Part shown: in pieces, positions 36,414-49,334 of the stretch | Layout of the letters: every line of letters begins with the position of its first letter | How positions within the stretch are numbered: position 1 is the first letter of the stretch | DNA from: Flectonema sp. DT1601 | Lineage: Eukaryota | Length of the DNA stretch: 64,000 nt | Assembly (NCBI GenBank): GCA_964019425.1 | Contig: OZ025786.1 | Span: forward strand, 310,001-374,000 | Direction of reading: 5' to 3' | Position numbers and translations under genes: made by a program | Notes under the pieces: model-generated | Database searches by the model: none | The model's input: only the letters and a program-made list of their open reading frames with translations | What the model was told of the DNA's origin: nothing

Positions 36414-36768
36414 ATGATTATCAGCATTGTTTTTTCGCCCGGCCATAGTTGCAGGTGTCGGAAGCAGTGCCACGGCTTTTGCCGCACCCACCCTTCAAGT
36501 GAGAACCGCAAAGAAAGTTGCGGATTAACCTGTCAACAACTAAACAACTCCGAAAAATAACAACGGGGGCGTCGTCCACCCGTACAACTTATTTATCGAA
36601 AAGTATTTAGTCAAGCGGAGTCTTAAGAAGAAGCCGTCGAAGTACGCTCTTTTTACGAAGAAGAACTTTGCCTCCGCCTTCGCGGATGCGAAGAAGACGA
36701 ACTCTAACATCAAGGCAGCTTTCAAAGTTGCATCCGCGGCTGTTTCAAAGACCTACAAGAGCCAGTAG
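36414..36768 (+). pseudogene. Deleted, frameshifted relic of the H1-like/HMG (KAP-like) gene family
   Basis: Contains VAGVGSSATAFAAPTLQVRTAKKVAD* out of frame with ATG 36414, then PYNLFIEK fused directly to SLKKKPSKYALFTKKNFASAFADAKKTNSNIKAAFKVASAAVSKTYKSQ*. Confidence 0.8.
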
Positions 36769-37190
36769 CGTCTGTTTGTTGCTTCAACTCGTTCATGGGA
36801 TTCTTAAGAATAGTTCTCTGGTTTTTTAAAATTGGGAATGCACAGGTAACTTCGAATTATTATTTTCCCGTCATCATTGCATACAGAATACACATTACAT
36901 TTTGTCTATTGTTTCTGAAAAAAAGCAATCCTACAAGCACTGCAGTCAACGTTGATTACTTATTACACATACCTTTCTTTTTCACGATTCTCTTCCACAG
37001 CCTTTTTGTATTTTTTAGTACTCGTGTTGTTTTTAGTTAATCAAATAAACTACTCCTTCGTTAGGCTTTCTTTTTTCAATTTTACTCGCAGAGTATCTGT
37101 TGAAGGCTGGAGATGTTCAAACTTTGTTTAGTTTAATGAATCTATATGTCTTGCATTTACGACTTGTTCTTCAAGCTTCCAACCCCCAAA

Positions 37191-38010
37191 ATGAACACCC
37201 TCCGCATTGTGTCTCGTCAGGTGAGAGCGCTGACTATTATTGCAGGTGTCATAAGCAGCGCTACCCTTCAGGTGAGAACTGCAAAAAAGAGGGTTATTGT
37301 GAAGCCTGTTGGTGAAGTAGTATTAGAGAAAGATGTTACCAAAAAGGAAGATGCGATGCTATTCACACCAGATTGGAAGACCACAGGTGTCAAGACAGCT
37401 GTTACTACAAAAGAGACGCCTGCCATACCAGCTGAAAGTGCAACTACTGAGAATACAAAGATAATTGCTCAAATGAGAAAAAATCTTTGGAAGTCTGTTC
37501 GGAAGAAGAGAAGCGATCTCAAGCAGAAAGCTGCTGAGAAGAGGGCCGCTGTTCGGAAAAACAAGGAAATTGAGAAAACTATCAAGTCCTCTGGTGCCGT
37601 AAACCCGTACACCTTATTCGTCCAGAGGTCTATTTCTGGAAATGTGAAAACTAATTTAAGGTGCGTGGCTGCAGCATGGAAGGTGTGTTGTGTAGTACTT
37701 TTGAATAGGTCGACAGAACAATGCGATTAATCAACAACAGGCTTTGAGTGAGGGACAGAAGAAGACTTACCGTGACCAAGCGAAGAAGAACCTCGCCGCA
37801 AGAAATGTCATCAAGCAGAGTCTTAAGAGTAACCCTTCACAGTACGCTCTATTTATGAAAAAGCATTTTGCTGCCGCCTTCACAGAGGCACAGAAGACGA
37901 ACCCTGACTCAAAGGCAGCTTTCAAGGTTGCATCTGAGGCTGTTGCAAAGAAGTACAAAGTGCTGAAAGGAAAAGTTGTTATGAAGATACATGAAGAAGG
38001 CTATCAATAA
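37191..38010 (+). CDS. Diverged KAP-like HMG-box paralog lacking the Lys/Ala repeats (~253 aa); exons 37191-37682 and 37741-38010
   Basis: Same MNTLRIVSRQVRALT presequence. The 58-nt GTGTGT...CAACAG intron sits at the same phase-0 position (AAWK|ALSEGQKKTY). Confidence 0.85.
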
Positions 38011-38049
38011 TTAAACTCATACAACTCACATTTCGCCAATAGACCACTG

Positions 38050-38110
38050 TAAAAACTACCTTAAAGCACGTTGCTGCTGAATGGAAGGTATGTGCTTTGT
38101 AATTGTTACT
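38050..38110 (+). pseudogene. Small relic of the exon-1 end and intron donor of the same family
   Basis: aaaactaccttaaagcacgttgctgctgaatggaag-gtatgt encodes KTTLKHVAAEWK followed by the donor; array spacer sequence follows from ~38115. Confidence 0.6.
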
Positions 38111-38511
38111 CCGAATTTCGCAAGCCGCGACTGAGATAGTTCTCGGAAGCTGTAATCGGGTTTATTCTTCGCAAATTGGGTGTCGCAGAACGGCGAGGTA
38201 ATTGAAAACCTGCGTAGAACGAACGATTAAAGTACAACCAGTTAGATTGTGTGTAGGCTAACATTGGTTCTTAGAAACCTTTCCCTATCTTTGTGTATTG
38301 TTTCTTAAAGGATTTTATCTAAACGATACTTTGTAATTTAAATGATGACACTCTCGTTTCTGAACATAGTTGGCACAGCTGCTGCAATGATTGTTGAGAA
38401 TCTTGTTCGGAAGCACCTTACTACTGTTGTCTTTCTTGAACCATTGATTACAGAGTGTCCCTCGCCGTCAGCTTCTTCCCACAGATTCAAACACCCGTTT
38501 TCTTTCAAAAA

Positions 38512-39789
38512 ATGAACACCCTCCGCATTGTGTCTCGTCAGGTGAGAGCGCTGACTGTTGTTGCAGGTGTCAGAAGCAGCGCCCCGGCATTTGCCGCGCC
38601 CACCCTTCAAGTGAGAACCGCAAAGAAGGTTGCGAAGAAGCCAGTGAAGAAGGTTAAGAAGGTTGTGGCAAAGAAGGTGAAGAAGGCCGCTTCCAAGAAG
38701 CCGGTGAAGAAGGTTAAGTCTGTCTCCCTTAAGAAAAACGCCGCAAAGAAGGTTGCTGCTGCTAAGAAGGCCGTCGCTTTGAAGAAGGCAGCAGCTGCTA
38801 AGAAGGCCGTCGTTTTGAAGAAGGCAGCAGCTGCTAAGAAGGCCGTCGCTTTGAAAAAGGCAGCAGCTGCTAAGAAGGCCGTCGCTTTGAAGAAGGCAGC
38901 TGTTGCTAGAGCAGCGAAGAAGGCGGGAATTGCCAAGAAAGCAAAGAGAGTTGCTGAATTGAAGGCAAAGAAGACAGCGAAGAAGGAGAGACTTGCAAAG
39001 AAGGCTGTTGCGTTGAGAAAGAAGACTGCTGCACAGACAGCCAGAGTTGCGAAGAAGAATGCCGCGGTGAAGGCTGTGAAGGCTGCTAGAAGAGCAAGAA
39101 TCGCAAAGAGGAAGGCCGCTCTTAAGGCTAAGGCTGCTGGTAAGAGAGCAAGAATCGCAAAGAAGAAGGCCGCTCTTAAGGCTAAGGCTGCTGGTAAGAG
39201 AGCAAGAATCGCAAAGAAGAAAGCTGCGGTGAAGGCTGTGAAGGCTGCTAGAAGAGCAAGAATCGCAAAGAAGAGAGACGCAAAGAGAGAGAAGCTTGCC
39301 AAGAAGAGAGCCGCTGTTCAGAAGAAGAGGGACGCGAAAAAAGCCATTAAGGCTTCTGGAGCCGTAAGCCCTTACTCCTTATTTGTGCAGAAGACTACTT
39401 CCGGCAAGAAGGTTATGACTGACTTAAAATCTGTAGCTGCCGAATGGAATGTATGTATTGCGTAGTAATTACGAGTAAAGTTTATATTTCTTGCTGTTTT
39501 AATTCGGAATTACAAGTTCCTTTCTGAGTTTGAAATCAGAGATTTGATAATTCAACAACAGGCATTGAGTGAGGGACAGAAGAAGACTTACCGTGACCAA
39601 GCGAAGAAGAACCTCGCCGCAAGAAATGCCACCAGGCAGAGTCTTAAGAAGAAGCCGACGAAGTACGCTGTCTTTGTGAAGAAGAACTTTGCCGCCGCCT
39701 TCGCGGATGCGAAGAAGACTAACTCTAACATCAAGGCAGCTTTCAAAGTTGCATCCGCGGCTGTTGCAAAGAAGTACAAGAGCCAGTAA
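38512..39789 (+). CDS. Mitochondrial-type H1-like/HMG-box DNA-binding protein (KAP-like), copy 1, 388 aa; exons 38512-39450 and 39562-39789
   Basis: Arg-rich acid-free N-terminus and K/A repeats. Removing the 111-nt GTATGT...CAACAG intron restores the HMG-like PYSLFVQ...KSVAAEWN|ALSEGQKKTYRDQA. Confidence 0.9.
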
Positions 39790-40467
39790 AGGATGAATAT
39801 TTGGACAAGATCCTCCCAGTAGTAACTTAGTGTTATTACTCTGCCCCAACCCCAGTTGTTTATTTCCCTCAGTTTCTCCCCCCCTCTGTATTTCGCAAGC
39901 CGCGACTGAGATAGTTCTCGGAAGCTGTAATCGGGTTTATTCTTCGCATATTGGGTGTCGAGAAAAGGCGAGGTAATTGAAAACCTGCGTAGAACGAACG
40001 ATTAAAGTACAACCAGTTAGATTGTGTGTAGGCTAACATTGGTTCTTAGAATCTCTTTTTAGACATTTCTTTTTTTTTTTTCATTTTCTTCCATTTCATC
40101 GGTATAACAATTCGAGGTGTCTCTTGTTCTCTGTGTCTGTGTTGACTGTGTGAATTGAGAGCCTTTCGTATTTGTTATTCATTTCAAACGATAACAAGTA
40201 ATTGTGATTATTGTGAATTCGTAAAACTCATTTTCTTCAAGGGAAAGCAAGATGATGTCATTTTGAAGGGCGATGGTTGTGTAAGTAGAGATGGCTCTTC
40301 ACCATTTTCACTAACTGTGTACATTGTGACACAGCTGCTGCAATGATTGTTGAGAATCTTGTTCGGAAGCACCTTACTACTGTTGTCTTTCTTGAACCAT
40401 TGATTACAGAGTGTCCCTCGCCGTCAGCTTCTTCCCACAGATTCAAACACCCGTTTTCTTTCAAAAA

Positions 40468-41691
40468 ATGAACACCCTCCGCATTGTATCTCGTCAGGTG
40501 AGAGCGCTGACTGTTGTTGCAGGTGTCAGAAGCAGCGCCCCGGCATTTGCCACGCCCACCCTTCAAGTGAGAACCGCAAAGAAGGTTGCGAAGAAGCCAG
40601 TGAAGAAGGTTAAGAAGGTTGTGGCAAAGAAGGTGAAGAAGGCCGCTTCCAAGAAGCCGGTGAAGAAGGTTAAGTCTGTCTCCCTTAAGAAAAACGCCGC
40701 AAAGAAGGTTGCTGCTGCTAAGAAGGCCGTTGCTTTGAAGAAGGCAGCAGCTGCTAAGAAGGCCGTCGTTTTGAAGAAGGCAGCAGCTGCTAAGAAGGCC
40801 GTCGCTTTGAAAAAGGCAGCAGCTGCTAAGAAGGCCGTCGCTTTGAAGAAGGCAGCTGTTGCTAGAGCAGCGAAGAAGGCGGGAATTGCCAAGAAAGCAA
40901 AGAGAGTTGCTGAATTGAAGGCAAAGAAGACAGCGAAGAAGGAGAGACTTGCAAAGAAGGCTGTTGCGTTGAGAAAGAAGACTGCTGCACAGAGAGCCAG
41001 AGTTGCGAAGAAGAATGCCGCGGTGAAGGCTGTGAAGGCTGCTAGAAGAGCAAGAATCGCAAAGAGGAAGGCCGCTCTTAAGGCTAAGGCTGCTGGTAAG
41101 AGAGCAAGAATCGCAAAGAAGAAAGCTGCGGTGAAGGCTGTGAAGGCTGCTAGAAAAGCAAGAATCGTAAAGAAGAGAGACGCAAAGAGAGAGAAGCTTG
41201 CCAAGAAGAGAGCCGCTGTTCAGAAGAAGAGGGACGCGAAGAAAGCCATTAAGGCTTCTGGAGCCGTAAGCCCTTTCACCTTATTTGTGCAGAAATCTAC
41301 TTCCGGCATGAAGGTTAAGACTGACTTAAAATCTGTAGCTGCCGAATGGAATGTATGTATTGCGTAGTAATTACGAGTAAAGTTTATATTTCTTGCTGTT
41401 TTAATTCGGAATTACAAGTTCCTTTCTGAGTTTGAAATCAGAGATTTGATAATTCAACAACAGGCATTGAGTGAGGGACAGAAGAAGACTTACCGTGACC
41501 AAGCGAAGAAGAACCTCGCCGCAAGAAATGCCACCAGGCAGAGTCTTAAGAAGAAGCCGACGAAGTACGCTGTCTTTGTGAAGAAGAACTTTGCCGCCGC
41601 CTTCGCGGATGCGAAGAAGACTAACTCTAACATCAAGGCAGCTTTCAAAGTTGCATCCGCGGCTGTTGCAAAGAAGTACAAGAGCCAGTAA
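40468..41691 (+). CDS. KAP-like H1/HMG protein, copy 2, 370 aa; exons 40468-41352 and 41464-41691
   Basis: Same structure as copy 1. Confidence 0.9.
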
Positions 41692-42367
41692 AGGATGAAT
41701 ATTTGGACAAGATCCTCCCAGTAGTAACTTAGTGTTATTACTCTGCCCCAACCCCAGTTGTTTATTTCCCTCAGTTTCTCCCCCCTCTGTATTTCGCAAG
41801 CCGCGACTGAGATAGTTCTCGGAAGCTGTAATCGGGTTTATTCTTCGCATATTGGGTGTCGAGAAAAGGCGAGGTAATTGAAAACCTGCGTAGAACGAAC
41901 GATTAAAGTACAACCAGTTAGATTGTGTGTAGGCTAACATTGGTTCTTAGAATCTCTTTTTAGACATTTCTTTTTTTTTTTCATTTTCTTCCATTTCATC
42001 GGTATAACAATTCGAGGTGTCTCTTGTTCTCTGTGTCTGTGTTGACTGTGTGAATTGAGAGCCTTTCGTATTTGTTATTCATTTCAAACGATAACAAGTA
42101 ATTGTGATTATTGTTAATTTGTAAAACTCATTTTCTTCAAGGGAAAGCAAGATGATGTCATTTTGAAGGGCGATGGTTGTGTAAGTAGAGATGGCTCTTC
42201 ACCATTTTCACTAACTGTGTACATTGTGACACAGCTGCTGCAATGATTGTTGAGAATCTTGTTCGGAAGCACCTTACTACTGTTGTCTTTCTTGAACCAT
42301 TGATTACAGAGTGTCCCTCGCCGTCAGCTTCTTCCCACAGATTCAAACACCCGTTTTCTTTCAAAAA

Positions 42368-43582
42368 ATGAACACCCTCCGCATTGTGTCTCGTCAGGTG
42401 AGAGCGCTGACTGTTGTTGCAGGTGTCAGAAGCAGCGCCCCGGCATTTGCCGCGCCCACCCTTCAAGTGAGAACCGCAAAGAAGGTTGCGAAGAAGCCAG
42501 TGAAGAAGGTTAAGAAGGTTGTGGCAAAGAAGGTGAAGAAGGCCGCTTCCAAGAAGCCGGTGAAGAAGGTTAAATCTGTCTCCCTTAAGAAAAACGCCGC
42601 AAAGAAGGTTGCTGCTGCTAAGAAGGCCGTTGCTTTGAAGAAGGCAGCAGCTGCTAAGAAGGCCGTCGCTTTGAAGAAGGCAGCTGTTGCTAGAGCATCG
42701 AAGAAGGCGGGAATTGCCAAGAAAGCAAAGAGAGCTGCTGAATTGAAGGTAAAGAAGACAGCGAAGAAGGAGAGAATTGCAAAGAAGGCTGTTGCGTTGA
42801 GAAAGAAGACTGCTGCACATAGAGCCAGAATTGCGAAGAAGAATGCTGCGGTGAAGGCGGTGAAGGCTGTGAAGGCTGCTAGAAAAGCAAGAATCGCAAA
42901 GAGGAAGGCCGCTCTTAAGGCTAAGGCTGCTGGTAAGAGAGCAAGAATCGCAAAGAGGAAGGCCGCTCTTAAGGCTAAGGCAGCTGGTAAGAGAGCAGGA
43001 ATTGCAAAGAAGAAAGCTGCGGTGAAGGCTGTGAAGGCTGCTAGAAGTGCAAGAATCGCAAAGAAGAGAGACGCAAAGAGAGAGAAGCTTGCCAAGAAGA
43101 GAGCCGCTGTTCAGAAGAAGAGGGACGCGAAGAAAGCCATTAAGGCTTCTGGAGCCGTAAGCCCTTTCACATTATTTGTGCAGAAATCTACTTCCGGCAT
43201 GAAGGTTAAGACTGACTTAAAATCTGTAGCTGCCGAATGGAATGTATGTATTGCGGAGTAATTACGAGTAAAGTTTATATTTCTTGCTGTTTTAATTCGG
43301 AATTACAAGTTCCTTTCTGAGTTTGAAATCAGAGATTTGATAATTCAACAACAGGCATTGAGTGAGGGACAGAAGAAGACTTACCGTGACCAAGCGAAGA
43401 AGAACCTCGCCGCAAGAAATGCCACCAGGCAGAGTCTTAAGAAGAAGCCGACGAAGTACGCTGTCTTTGTGAAGAAGAACTTTGCCGCCGCCTTCGCGGA
43501 TGCGAAGAAGACTAACTCTAACATCAAGGCAGCTTTCAAAGTTGCATCCGCGGCTGTTGCAAAGAAGTACAAGAGCCAGTAA
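42368..43582 (+). CDS. KAP-like H1/HMG protein, copy 3, 367 aa; exons 42368-43243 and 43355-43582
   Basis: Same structure as copy 1. Confidence 0.9.
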
Positions 43583-44260
43583 AGGATGAATATTTGGACA
43601 AGATCCTCCCAGTAGTAACTTAGTGTTATTACTCTGCCCCAACCCCAGTTGTTTATTTCCCTCAGTTTCTCCCCCCCTCTGTATTTCGCAAGCCGCGACT
43701 GAGATAGTTCTCGGAAGCTGTAATCGGGTTTATTCTTCGCATATTGGGTGTCGAGAAAAGGCGAGGTAATTGAAAACCTGCGTAGAACGAACGATTAAAG
43801 TACAACCAGTTAGATTGTGTGTAGGCTAACATTGGTTCTTAGAAACTCTTTTTAGACATTTCTTTTTTTTTTTTCATTTTCTTCCATTTCATCGGTATAA
43901 CAATTCGAGGTGTCTCTTGTTCTCTGTGTCTGTGTTGACTGTGAGAATTGAGAGCCTTTCGTATTTGTTATTCATTTCAAACGATAACAAGTAATTGTGA
44001 TTATTGTGAATTCGTAAAACTCATTTTCTTCAAGGGAAAACAAGATGATGTCATTTTGAAGGGCGATGGTTGTGTAAGTAGAGATGGCTCTTCACCATTT
44101 TCACTAACTGTGTACATTGTGACACAGCTTCTGCAATGATTGTTGAGAATCTTGTTCGGAAGCACCTTACTACTGTTGTCTTTCTTGAACCATTGATTAC
44201 AGAGTGTCCCTCGCCGTCAGCTTCTTCCCACAGATTCAAACACCCGTTTTCTTTCAAAAA

Positions 44261-45592
44261 ATGAACACCCTCCGCATTGTGTCTCGTCAGGTGAGAGCGC
44301 TGACTGTTGTTGCAGGTGTCAGAAGCAGCGTCCCGGCATTTGCCGCGCCCACCCTTCAAGTGAGAACCGCAAAGAAGGTTGCGAAGAAGCCAGTGAAGAA
44401 GGTTAAGAAGGTTGTGGCAAAGAAGGTGAAGAAGGCCGCTTCCAAGAAGCCGGTGAAGAAGGTTAAGTCTGTCTCCCTTAAGAAAAACGCCGCAAAGAAG
44501 GTTGCTGCTGCTAAGAAGGCCGTTGCTTTGAAGAAGGCAGCAGCTGCTAAGAAGGCCGTCGTTTTGAAGAAGGCAGCAGCTGCTAAGAAGGCCGTCGCTT
44601 TGAAAAAGGCAGCAGCTGCTAAGAAGGCCGTCGCTTTGAAGAAGGCAGCTGTTGCTAGAGCAGCGAAGAAGGCGGGAATTGCCAAGAAAGCAAAGAGAGT
44701 TGCTGAATTGAAGGCAAAGAAGACAGCGAAGAAGGAGAGACTTGCAAAGAAGGCTGTTGCGTTGAGAAAGAAGACTGCTGCACAGAGAGCCAGAGTTGCA
44801 AAGAAGAATGCCGCGGTGAAGGCTGTGAAGGCTGCTAGAAAAGCAAGAATCGCAAAGAGGAAGGCCGCTCTTAAGGCTAAGGCTGCTGGTAAGAGAGCAA
44901 GAATCGTAATGAAGAAGGCCGCTCTTAAGGCTAAGGCTGCTGGTAAGAGAGCAAGAATCGTAATGAAGAAGGCCGCTCTTAAGGCTAAGGCTGCTGGTAA
45001 GAGAGCAAGAATCGTAAAGAAGAAGGCAGCTCTTAAGGCTAAGGCTGCTGGTAAGAGAGCAAGAATCGCAAAGAAGAGAGACGCAAAGAGAGAGAAGCTT
45101 GCCAAGAAGAGAGCCGCTGTTCAGAAAAAGAGGGACTCGAAGAAAGCCATTAAGGCCTCTGGAGCAGTAGGCCCTTACTCCTTATTTGTGCAGAAGACTA
45201 CTTCCGGCAAGAAGGGTATGACTGACTTAAAATCTGTAGCTGCCGAATGGAATGTATGTATTGCGTAGTAATTACGAGTAAAGTTTATATTTCTTGCTGT
45301 TTTAATTCGGAATTACAAGTTCCTTTCTGAATTTGAAATCAGAGATTTGATAATTCAACAACAGGCATTGAGTGAGGGACAGAAGAAGACTTACCGTGAC
45401 CAAGCGAAGAAGAACCTCGCCGCAAGAAATGCCACCAGGCAGAGTCTTAAGAAGAAGCCGACGAAGTACGCTGTCTTTGTGAAGAAGAACTTTGCCGCCG
45501 CCTTCGCGGATGCGAAGAAGACTAACTCTAACATCAAGGCAGCTTTCAAAGTTGCATCCGCGGCTGTTGCAAAGAAGTACAAGAGCCAGTAA
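44261..45592 (+). CDS. KAP-like H1/HMG protein, copy 4, 406 aa; exons 44261-45253 and 45365-45592
   Basis: Same structure as copy 1; longest repeat region. Confidence 0.9.
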
Positions 45593-46270
45593 AGGATGAA
45601 TATTTGGACAAGATCCTCCCAGTAGTAACTTAGTGTTATTACTCTGCCCCAACCCCAGTTGTTTATTTCCCTCAGTTTCTCCCCCCCTCTGTATTTCGCA
45701 AGCCGCGACTGAGATAGTTCTCGGAAGCTGTAATCGGGTTTATTCTTCGCATATTGGGTGTCGAGAAAAGGCGAGGTAATTGAAAACCTGCGTAGAACGA
45801 ACGATTAAAGTACAACCAGTTAGATTGTGTGTAGGCTAACATTGGTTCTTAGAATCTCTTTTTAGACATTTCTTTTTTTTTTTTCATTTTCTTCCATTTC
45901 ATCGGTATAACAATTCGAGGTGTCTCTTGTTCTCTGTGTCTGTGTTGACTGTGTGAATTGAGAGCCTTTCGTATTTGTTATTCATTTCAAACGATAACAA
46001 GTAATTGTGATTATTGTGAATTCGTAAAACTCATTTTCTTCAAGGGAAAGCAAGATGATGTCATTTTGAAGGGCGATGGTTGTGTAAGTAGAGATGGCTC
46101 TTCACCATTTTCACTAACTGTGTACATTGTGACACAGCTGCTGCAATGATTGTTGAGAATCTTGTTCGGAAGCACCTTACTACTGTTGTCTTTCTTGAAC
46201 CATTGATTACAGAGTGTCCCTCGCCGTCAGCTTCTTCCCACAGATTCAAACACCCGTTTTCTTTCAAAAA

Positions 46271-47449
46271 ATGAACACCCTCCGCATTGTGTCTCGTCAG
46301 GTGAGAGCGCTGACTGTTGTTGCAGGTGTCAGAAGCAGCGCCCCGGCATTTGCCGCGCCCACCCTTCAAGTGAGAACCGCAAAGAAGGTTGCGAAGAAGC
46401 CAGTGAAGAAGGTTAAGAAGGTTGTGGCAAAGAAGGTGAAGAAGGCCGCTTCCAAGAAGCCGGTGAAGAAGGTTAAGTCTGTCTCCCTTAAGAAAAACGC
46501 CGCAAAGAAGGTTGCTGCTGCTAAGAAGGCCGTTGCTTTGAAGAAGGCAGCAGCTGCTAAGAAGGCCGTCGTTTTGAAGAAGGCAGCAGCTGCTAAGAAG
46601 GCCGTCGCTTTGAAAAAGGCAGCAGCTGCTAAGAAGGCCGTCGCTTTGAAGAAGGCAGCTGTTGCTAGAGCAGCGAAGAAGGCGGGAATTGCCAAGAAAG
46701 CAAAGAGAGCTGCTGAATTGAAGGCAAAGAAGACAGCGAAGAAGGAGAGACTTGCAAAGAAGGCTGTTGCGTTGAGAAAGAAGACTGCTGCACAGAGAGC
46801 CAGAGTTGCGAAGAAGAATGCCGCGGTGAAGGCGGTGAAGGCTGTGAAGGCTGCTAGAAGAGCAAGAATCGCAAAGAGGAAGGCCGCTCTTAAGGCTAAG
46901 GCTGCTGGCAAGAGAGCAAGAATCGCAAAGAAGAGAGACGCAAAGAGAGAGAAGCTTGCCAAAAAGAGAGCCGCTGTTCAGAAGAAGAGGGACGCGAAGA
47001 AAGCCATTAAGGCCTCTGGAGCCGTAAGCCCTTTCACCTTATTTGTGCAGAAATCTACTTCCGGCAAGAAGGTTAAGACTGACTTAAAATCTGTAGCTGC
47101 CGAATGGAATGTATGTATTGCGTAGTAATTACGAGTAAAGTTTATATTTCTTGCTGTTTTAATTCGGAATTACAAGTTCCTTTCTGAATTTGAAATCAGA
47201 GATTTGATAATTCAACGACAGGCATTGAGTGAGGGACAGAAGAAGACTTACCGTGACCAAGCGAAGAAGAACCTCGCCGCAAGAAATGCCACCAAGCAGA
47301 GTCTTAAGAAGAAACCGACGAAGTACGCTCTTTTCACGAAGAAGAACTTTGCCGCCGCCTTCGCGGATGCGAAGAAGACTAACTCTAACATCAAGGCAGC
47401 TTTCAAAGTTGCATCCGCGGCTGTTGCAAAGAAGTACAAGAGCCAGTAA
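46271..47449 (+). CDS. KAP-like H1/HMG protein, copy 5, 355 aa; exons 46271-47110 and 47222-47449
   Basis: Same structure as copy 1. Confidence 0.9.
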
Positions 47450-48128
47450 AGGATGAATATTTGGACAAGATCCTCCCAGTAGTAACTTAGTGTTATTACT
47501 CTGCCCCAACCCCAGTTGTTTATTTCCCTCAGTTTCTCCCCCCCTCTGTATTTCGCAAGCCGCGACTGAGATAGTTCTCGGAAGCTGTAATCGGGTTTAT
47601 TCTTCGCATATTGGGTGTCGAGAAAAGGCGAGGTAATTGAAAACCTGCGTAGAACGAACGATTAAAGTACAACCAGTTAGATTGTGTGTAGGCTAACATT
47701 GGTTCTTAGAAACTCTTTTTAGACATTTCTTTTTTTTTTTTTCATTTTCTTCCATTTCATCGGTATAACAATTCGAGGTGTCTCTTGTTCTCTGTGTCTG
47801 TGTTGACTGTGAGAATTGAGAGCCTTTCGTATTTGTTATTCATTTCAAACGATAACAAGTAATTGTGATTATTGTGAATTCGTAAAACCCATTTTCTTCA
47901 AGGGAAAGCAAGATGATGTCATTTTGAAGGGCGATGGTTGTGTAACTAGAGATGGCTCTTCACCATTTTCACTAACTGTGTACATTGTGACACAGCTGCT
48001 GCAATGATTGTTGAGAATCTTGTTCGGAAGCACCTTACTACTGTTGTCTTTCTTGAACCATTGATTACAGAGTGTCCCTCGCCGTCAGCTTCTTCCCACA
48101 GATTTAAACACCCGTTTTCTTTCAAAAA

Positions 48129-49334
48129 ATGAACACTCTCCGCATTGTGTCTCGTCAGGTGAGAGCGCTGACTGTTGTTGCAGGTGTCAGAAGCAGCGCC
48201 CCGGCATTTGCCACGCCCACCCTTCAAGTGAGAACCGCAAAGAAGGTTGCGAAGAAGCCAGTGAAGAAGGTTAAGAAGGTTGTGGCAAAGAAGGTGAAGA
48301 AGGCCGCTTCCAAGAAGCCGGTGAAGAAGGTTAAGTCTGTCTCCCTTAAGAAAAACGCCGCAAAGAAGGTTGCTGCTGCTAAGAAGGCCGTTGCTTTGAA
48401 GAAGGCAGCAGCTGCTAAGAAGGCCGTCGCTTTGAAGAAGGCAGCTGTTGCTAGAGCATCGAAGAAGGCGGGAATTGCCAAGAAAGCAAAGAGAGTTGCT
48501 GAATTGAAGGCAAAGAAGACAGCGAAGAAGGAGAGACTTGCAAAGAAGGCTGTTGCGTTGAGAAAGAAGACTGCTGCACAGAGAGCCAGAGTTGCAAAGA
48601 AGAATACCGCGGTGAAGGCTGTGAAGGCTGCTAGAAAAGCAAGAATCGCAAAGAGGAAGGCCGCTCTTAAGGCTAAGGCTGCTGGTAAGAGAGCAAGAAT
48701 CGCAAAGAAGAAGGCCGCTCTTAAGGCTAAGGCTGCTGGTAAGAGAGCAAGAATCGCAAAGAAGAAAGCTGCGGTGAAGGCTGTGAAGGATGCTAGAAGA
48801 GCAAGAATCGCAAAGAAGAGAGACGCAAAGAGAGAGAAGCTTGCCAAGAAGAGAGCCGCTGTTCAGAAAAAGAGGGACGCGAAGAAAGCCATTAAGGCCT
48901 CTGGAGCAGTAGGCCCTTACTCCTTATTTGTGCAGAAGACTACTTCCGGCAAGAAGGGTATGACTGACTTAAAATCTGTAGCTGCCGAATGGAATGTATG
49001 TATTGCGTAGTAATTACGAGTAAAGTTTATATTTCTTGCTGTTTTAATTCGGAATTACAAGTTCCTTTCTGAATTTGAAATCAGAGATTTGATAATTCAA
49101 CAACAGGCATTGAGTGAGGGACAGAAGAAGACTTACCGTGACCAAGCGAAGAAGAACCTCGCCGCAAGAAATGCCACCAGGCAGAGTCTTAAGAAGAAGC
49201 CGACGAAGTACGCTGTCTTTGTGAAGAAGAACTTTGCCGCCGCCTTCGCGGATGCGAAGAAGACGAACTCTAACATCAAGGCAGCTTTCAAAGTTGCATC
49301 CGCGGCTGTTGCAAAGAAGTACAAGAGCCAGTAA
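48129..49334 (+). CDS. KAP-like H1/HMG protein, copy 6, 364 aa; exons 48129-48995 and 49107-49334
   Basis: Same structure as copy 1. An in-frame TAA upstream of this ATG supports MNTLR as the true start in all copies. Confidence 0.9.

Noticed and set aside
38455..38511. N-terminal extension MSLAVSFFPQIQTPVFFQK in the ORF track
   Set aside because: It starts at GTG, spans the likely acceptor cccacag, and is broken by a TAA in copy 6. The real start is MNTLR.
39544..39789. Separate 81-aa gene (MIIQQQALSEG...) downstream of each array ORF
   Set aside because: It starts at TTG inside an intron and is exon 2 of the upstream gene.
40155..40566. Recurrent 63-116 aa ORFs in the array spacers on both strands
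   Set aside because: They recur only because the unit is repeated; they have non-ATG starts and are disrupted in some units.
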